Shown: piece after piece, positions 60,331 to 64,000 of the stretch
How the letters are laid out: each line of letters begins with the position of its first letter
How positions within the stretch are numbered: position 1 is the first letter of the stretch
Origin: Candidatus Methanomethylicia archaeon
GTDB lineage: Archaea; Thermoproteota; Methanomethylicia; Culexarchaeales; Culexarchaeaceae
DNA length: 64,000 nucleotides
Direction: 5' to 3'
Assembly (NCBI GenBank): GCA_038727515.1
Contig: JAVYVS010000001.1
Coordinates: 320,001-384,000, forward strand
Made by a program: the position numbers and the translations under genes
The notes under the pieces: model-generated
What the model saw: the letters and a program-made list of their open reading frames with translations, nothing else
Database searches by the model: none
Told to the model about the DNA's origin: nothing

Positions 60331-61755
60331 ATGAATCCAAAGGATATAGCATTAAATTGGATTGAAGAAAATAAGGGGAGGATAATATCACTAAGCGATA
60401 CAATATGGGAATATGCGGAACTGGGATTGGAAGAATTTAAGTCTTCTAAGCTTCTTGCTGATGAACTTGAGAAGCATGGGTTTAAGGTTGAAATGGGTAT
60501 TGCAGGTATGCCCACAGCCTTTGTAGCTACATGGGGATCTGGAAAACCCATTATTGGAATATTAGGAGAATATGATGCATTAGCAGGATTATCACAAAAA
60601 AGAGTGCCATGGAAGGAACCAATAGTTGAAGGAGCACCTGGACATGGATGTGGACATAATATTTTTGCTGCAGCAACAGTAGGAGGAGCAATAGCATTAA
60701 AGGAAGCTATGGAAAAGGGGAAATTGAATGGGAAAATAAAATACTTTGGATGTCCAGCAGAAGAAACATTAATAGGAAAAGTATTCATGGCTAGAGAGGG
60801 AGTATTTAAAGGATTAGATTTTGCAATAAACTATCACCCATCAGCTTTCAACACAATACATCTAGGAACGACAAACGCAATGAATTCAGCTAAGTTTCAT
60901 TTTTTTGGTAGGGCTTCTCATGCTGGTGGTAGTCCTGAGTTTGGTAGGAGTGCTTTGGATGCTGTTGAGCTTATGAATGTTGGTGTTAATTATTTGAGGG
61001 AGCATGTTGTTCAGGATGCTAGGATTCATTATGTTATTGAGAGGGGTGGTGGTCAGCCTAATATTGTTCCTGATTATGCTAGGAGTTGGTATTATGTGAG
61101 GGCTCCTGAGAGGGAGCAGGTTGAGGAGATTTATAATTGGATTCTTGATATTGCTAAGGGAGCAGCATTAATGACACAAACACAACATAGAGTAGAATTC
61201 ATAACTGGATGTTATAATATGATACAAAATAAAACTTTAGCTTTAACTTGCTTAAAGGTAATGCGTGAAATAGGAGCACCAAAATTCGATGATAAAGATT
61301 ATGAATTTGCTAAGAAGATTCATGAAACAATACCAATAGAACAAAAGAGGAATATGCTTCAAAGGATGAAAATACCAAATTGGGAGAAACTTATGGATGT
61401 AGTATTAGATGAAGAAGTTAGAGATCCATGGGATGAAGGGGAAGTAAGTCATGGATCTACAGATGTTGGAGATGTAAGTTGGCATACACCAACATTATCA
61501 TTTGGAACAACATGTTTCGTATTAGGATCACCTGGACATTCATGGCAAAACGTTGCAACATCAGGAGTAGGCATAGGACATAAAGGTTGTATATATGCTG
61601 CGAAGATTATTGCATTAACTTCAATAGAAATAATTTCAAACCAAAAACTCATTGAAGAAGCATGGAAAGAATTTAAAGAGAAAACTAAAGGTAGAGAGTA
61701 TAAGTCACCAATACCACCGGAAATTAAAGAACCACCAAGACTATTCATGAAATAA
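60331..61755 (+). CDS. M20-family amidohydrolase (AbgB-like), paralogue 2
   Basis: Same motifs as 35220-36659. Confidence 0.9.
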   Translation: MNPKDIALNWIEENKGRIISLSDTIWEYAELGLEEFKSSKLLADELEKHGFKVEMGIAGMPTAFVATWGSGKPIIGILGEYDALAGLSQKRVPWKEPIVEGAPGHGCGHNIFAAATVGGAIALKEAMEKGKLNGKIKYFGCPAEETLIGKVFMAREGVFKGLDFAINYHPSAFNTIHLGTTNAMNSAKFHFFGRASHAGGSPEFGRSALDAVELMNVGVNYLREHVVQDARIHYVIERGGGQPNIVPDYARSWYYVRAPEREQVEEIYNWILDIAKGAALMTQTQHRVEFITGCYNMIQNKTLALTCLKVMREIGAPKFDDKDYEFAKKIHETIPIEQKRNMLQRMKIPNWEKLMDVVLDEEVRDPWDEGEVSHGSTDVGDVSWHTPTLSFGTTCFVLGSPGHSWQNVATSGVGIGHKGCIYAAKIIALTSIEIISNQKLIEEAWKEFKEKTKGREYKSPIPPEIKEPPRLFMK

Positions 61756-61791
61756 TTAAACTTAAATACAAATTTTTCATTAGAATTCTAC

Positions 61792-62883
61792 ATGTATAGT
61801 TTAAGTGAAGAAAGTATACAGTTTCTAAAGGAAATTTTGGAAGAATTTGGACCATCAGGATTTGAAGATAGAGTTTTAAAAAGGATAAGGAATAGGATGG
61901 AGAAATATTCAGATCAAGTAATAAAGGATAATTTGAATTCATTGATCTTTGTAAAAAGAGGATCAAGTGAAAGACCAAAAGTTATAGTGGCAGGACATGT
62001 AGATGAAGTGGGATTTGTAGTAACCTCTATAACAAAAGATGGATATTTAACATTTACAAATCTCGGTGGATGGTTTGATCAAGTATTATTAGCACAAAAA
62101 GTTATAATAATGACAAATAAAGGACCAGTTCTAGGAGTAATAACTTCAAAGCCTCCACATCTATTAACGCCAGAAGAAAGACAAAAAGTCGTTACAATGA
62201 GACAAATGTACATAGATGTAGGAGCAACATCAGAAGAAGAAGTAAGGAATATGGGTATAAGAATTGGAGATCCAATAGCACCATATCCAACCTTCCAAAT
62301 ATCAAATACTGGAAAAACAATATTTGCAAAAGCTTTTGATGATAGAATTGGAGCTTTCATAGCCATGGAAGCGTTAAAATACATAAAGGAAAACAATATT
62401 GAACATCCAAACACATACTATGCAGCAGCAACAGTACAGGAAGAAGTTGGTTTAAGAGGAGCTGAAACAGTTAGATGGGTTGCAGATCATGATGTAGCAA
62501 TAGTAACAGAAGTAGATATTGCAGGAGATGTACCTGGAATATCAGCTGGAGAAGCACAATCAAAACTTGGTAAAGGACCAACAATAGTAACCCTAGATAA
62601 TACAATGATACCAAATCAGAAATTAAAGGAGTTTGTAATAAAAGTTGCAGAAGAAGAAAAGATACCATATCAATTAACGGTGGTTAGAGGAGGAACTGAT
62701 GCTGGAAGATTACACATGTATAGAGAAGGTAGACCTAGCATAGTTCTTGGAGTACCTACAAGACATATACATAGCCATGTTGGAATAATACATAGAGATG
62801 ATTTAGAAAATGCAGTAAAACTAGTAATTGCATTAATCAAAAGATTAGATGAGAAAACAGTCAAAAGCTTTAGCGAACTATAA
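61792..62883 (+). CDS. M42-family (TET-like) aminopeptidase
   Basis: GPSGFE, GHVDEVG, KAFDDRIG, QEEVGLRGA, GGTDAG, RHIHS. Confidence 0.92.
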   Translation: MYSLSEESIQFLKEILEEFGPSGFEDRVLKRIRNRMEKYSDQVIKDNLNSLIFVKRGSSERPKVIVAGHVDEVGFVVTSITKDGYLTFTNLGGWFDQVLLAQKVIIMTNKGPVLGVITSKPPHLLTPEERQKVVTMRQMYIDVGATSEEEVRNMGIRIGDPIAPYPTFQISNTGKTIFAKAFDDRIGAFIAMEALKYIKENNIEHPNTYYAAATVQEEVGLRGAETVRWVADHDVAIVTEVDIAGDVPGISAGEAQSKLGKGPTIVTLDNTMIPNQKLKEFVIKVAEEEKIPYQLTVVRGGTDAGRLHMYREGRPSIVLGVPTRHIHSHVGIIHRDDLENAVKLVIALIKRLDEKTVKSFSEL

Positions 62884-62906
62884 ATTAAATTTAAACATCA
62901 ACTTTT

Positions 62907-63566
62907 TTAAAAATAACCTTTAACTTCAAACTCTAATAATTTAACTACCCATAATAGATTACTTAATCTTTTAAATGCAATATTCTTTGCAAATTCAGTA
63001 TTCATTGACTCAGGTATATGGATGAGTTTAGAGAAAACATGATCTAAAGTATAATTAGAATCATCAATACTTCTAAACCTAGGTGTAAATTCAGGTTCAA
63101 AATATAATATTCTATCACTAAATTCACCATAAATAATCATTCTAGCAAATCCTATAATACCAAGAGCATCCAATCTATCAGCATCTTGAAGAACCATGGA
63201 AATCAAATTATTAGATTTAACCTTAGAACTCCAACTATGCTCTCGTATAGCATTACATATAATCTCAATATCATTAAGATTCAATCCACAATCCAAAAGA
63301 AAATATCTAGCATATTCAGCAGATTTATATGCATGATCCTCTTTAACACCATACAATGGTATCGAAATATCATGAAGTAAACATGCTAATGTTAAAAGAA
63401 ATTTATCATAATCTGAAACTCCAATATTTTCAGCAATGGTTAAAGCATTATTTAAAACACGTTTAACATGGAGAAAATCATGTGAAGAAGGATAATTCCC
63501 TCTACAACTATTATAGATATCTAAAACCTTACTTTCAACAACTCTAACAATATCATTAAAATCCAT
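62907..63566 (-). CDS. HD-domain phosphohydrolase
   Basis: SHDFLHVKRV, LLHD, H, QDADRLDALG. Confidence 0.9.
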   Translation of the reverse strand: MDFNDIVRVVESKVLDIYNSCRGNYPSSHDFLHVKRVLNNALTIAENIGVSDYDKFLLTLACLLHDISIPLYGVKEDHAYKSAEYARYFLLDCGLNLNDIEIICNAIREHSWSSKVKSNNLISMVLQDADRLDALGIIGFARMIIYGEFSDRILYFEPEFTPRFRSIDDSNYTLDHVFSKLIHIPESMNTEFAKNIAFKRLSNLLWVVKLLEFEVKGYF

Positions 63567-63616
63567 TTAAACCACACTTATAATAACTATAAATCAACAT
63601 ATAATTAATTTCCATC

Positions 63617-64000
63617 CTATGGGAATAAACCAATCATAAAAGCTAAACCAAACCTTAATAATCGTAATGGGTTATTGACAACATCAATAAAATGTTCATC
63701 ATAATCCAGATGGGAAAGAAGAGAATTATCAAATTTAAGTCTACAACCACCTTTAATCAAACTCTTAAAAGCAAAATTATTGAATTTCAAAAGAATTCTA
63801 ACCAATCTAAATGAAAATTTAAATTTATTAGATAAACTCCAAAATAAATTGGAGTATAGAGAGTTAAAGGAATTGAAATTAAGGGAACCCTTAAGATATG
63901 AGTTAATTAAAGTGGAAAGAACTCTAGAAAATAGGCATATTGGGTATAATCCACCTCCAGTAAGAGGTTTATTCATTTGAATAGCATCACCAATAGCTAA
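63617..64000 (-). CDS. Geranylgeranyl-reductase-family FAD oxidoreductase, C-terminal fragment truncated by window end
   Basis: Frame stays open to the window edge: LAIGDAIQMNKPLTGGGL matches GDAxxxxKPxTGGG. Confidence 0.75.
   Translation of the reverse strand, partial: LAIGDAIQMNKPLTGGGLYPICLFSRVLSTLINSYLKGSLNFNSFNSLYSNLFWSLSNKFKFSFRLVRILLKFNNFAFKSLIKGGCRLKFDNSLLSHLDYDEHFIDVVNNPLRLLRFGLAFMIGLFP

Noticed and set aside
60890-61160. Diversity-generating retroelement template/variable repeat behind the M20 repeats
   Set aside because: No reverse transcriptase in the window; shared tracts are nearly invariant, lie in conserved N-terminal and central regions of two intact genes, and fit gene conversion better
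104-63980. Numerous 60-180 aa ORFs antisense to or nested in longer genes (e.g. 8328-8879, 19617-20096, 44322-44768, 60285-60788, 63780-63980)
   Set aside because: Shadow frames of well-supported genes, mostly with Ser/Ile/Phe-rich antisense composition and no motifs
1-64000. CRISPR array, tRNA, rRNA, IS/transposase or integrase
   Set aside because: No regularly spaced repeats, no GC-rich structured stretch (which would stand out in this AT-rich DNA) and no transposase or recombinase motifs seen

Overview
AT-rich, gene-dense archaeal DNA, probably from a thermophilic Thermoproteota/TACK lineage (L35Ae, a Cren7/CC1-like chromatin protein, AcnX mevalonate-pathway pair, archaeal KaiC-family protein, GGAGGTGA-type ribosome-binding sites). 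I see no rRNA, tRNA, CRISPR array or transposase. About 60 CDSs are present, weighted towards peptide/amide and sugar scavenging (glycyl radical enzyme end plus activase, GH4, D-aminoacylase, two M20 hydrolases, M28, M42, GGT, creatininases, amidohydrolases). The main finding is an uncharacterised four-gene membrane operon (DUF6754-like subunit A plus three unnamed membrane proteins B, C, D). It occurs three times in the same order (5283-8231, 30230-33098, 52209-55409), is translationally coupled, and has no ATPase or solute-binding protein. A/C and B/D look like oppositely oriented paralogue pairs, which suggests a new pseudo-symmetric transporter; two copies sit beside hydrolase genes. Other notable items: a chimeric L35Ae::DUF885 pseudogene relic, mosaic near-identical tracts between two M20 paralogues, an active/inactive amidohydrolase pair, a HerA/NurA pair with no mre11/rad50 in the window, a divergent FtsZ/CetZ-like protein, and a 47-aa zinc-ribbon Cren7-like gene missed by the ORF track. 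All family calls come from recognising motifs by eye; no database search was run.
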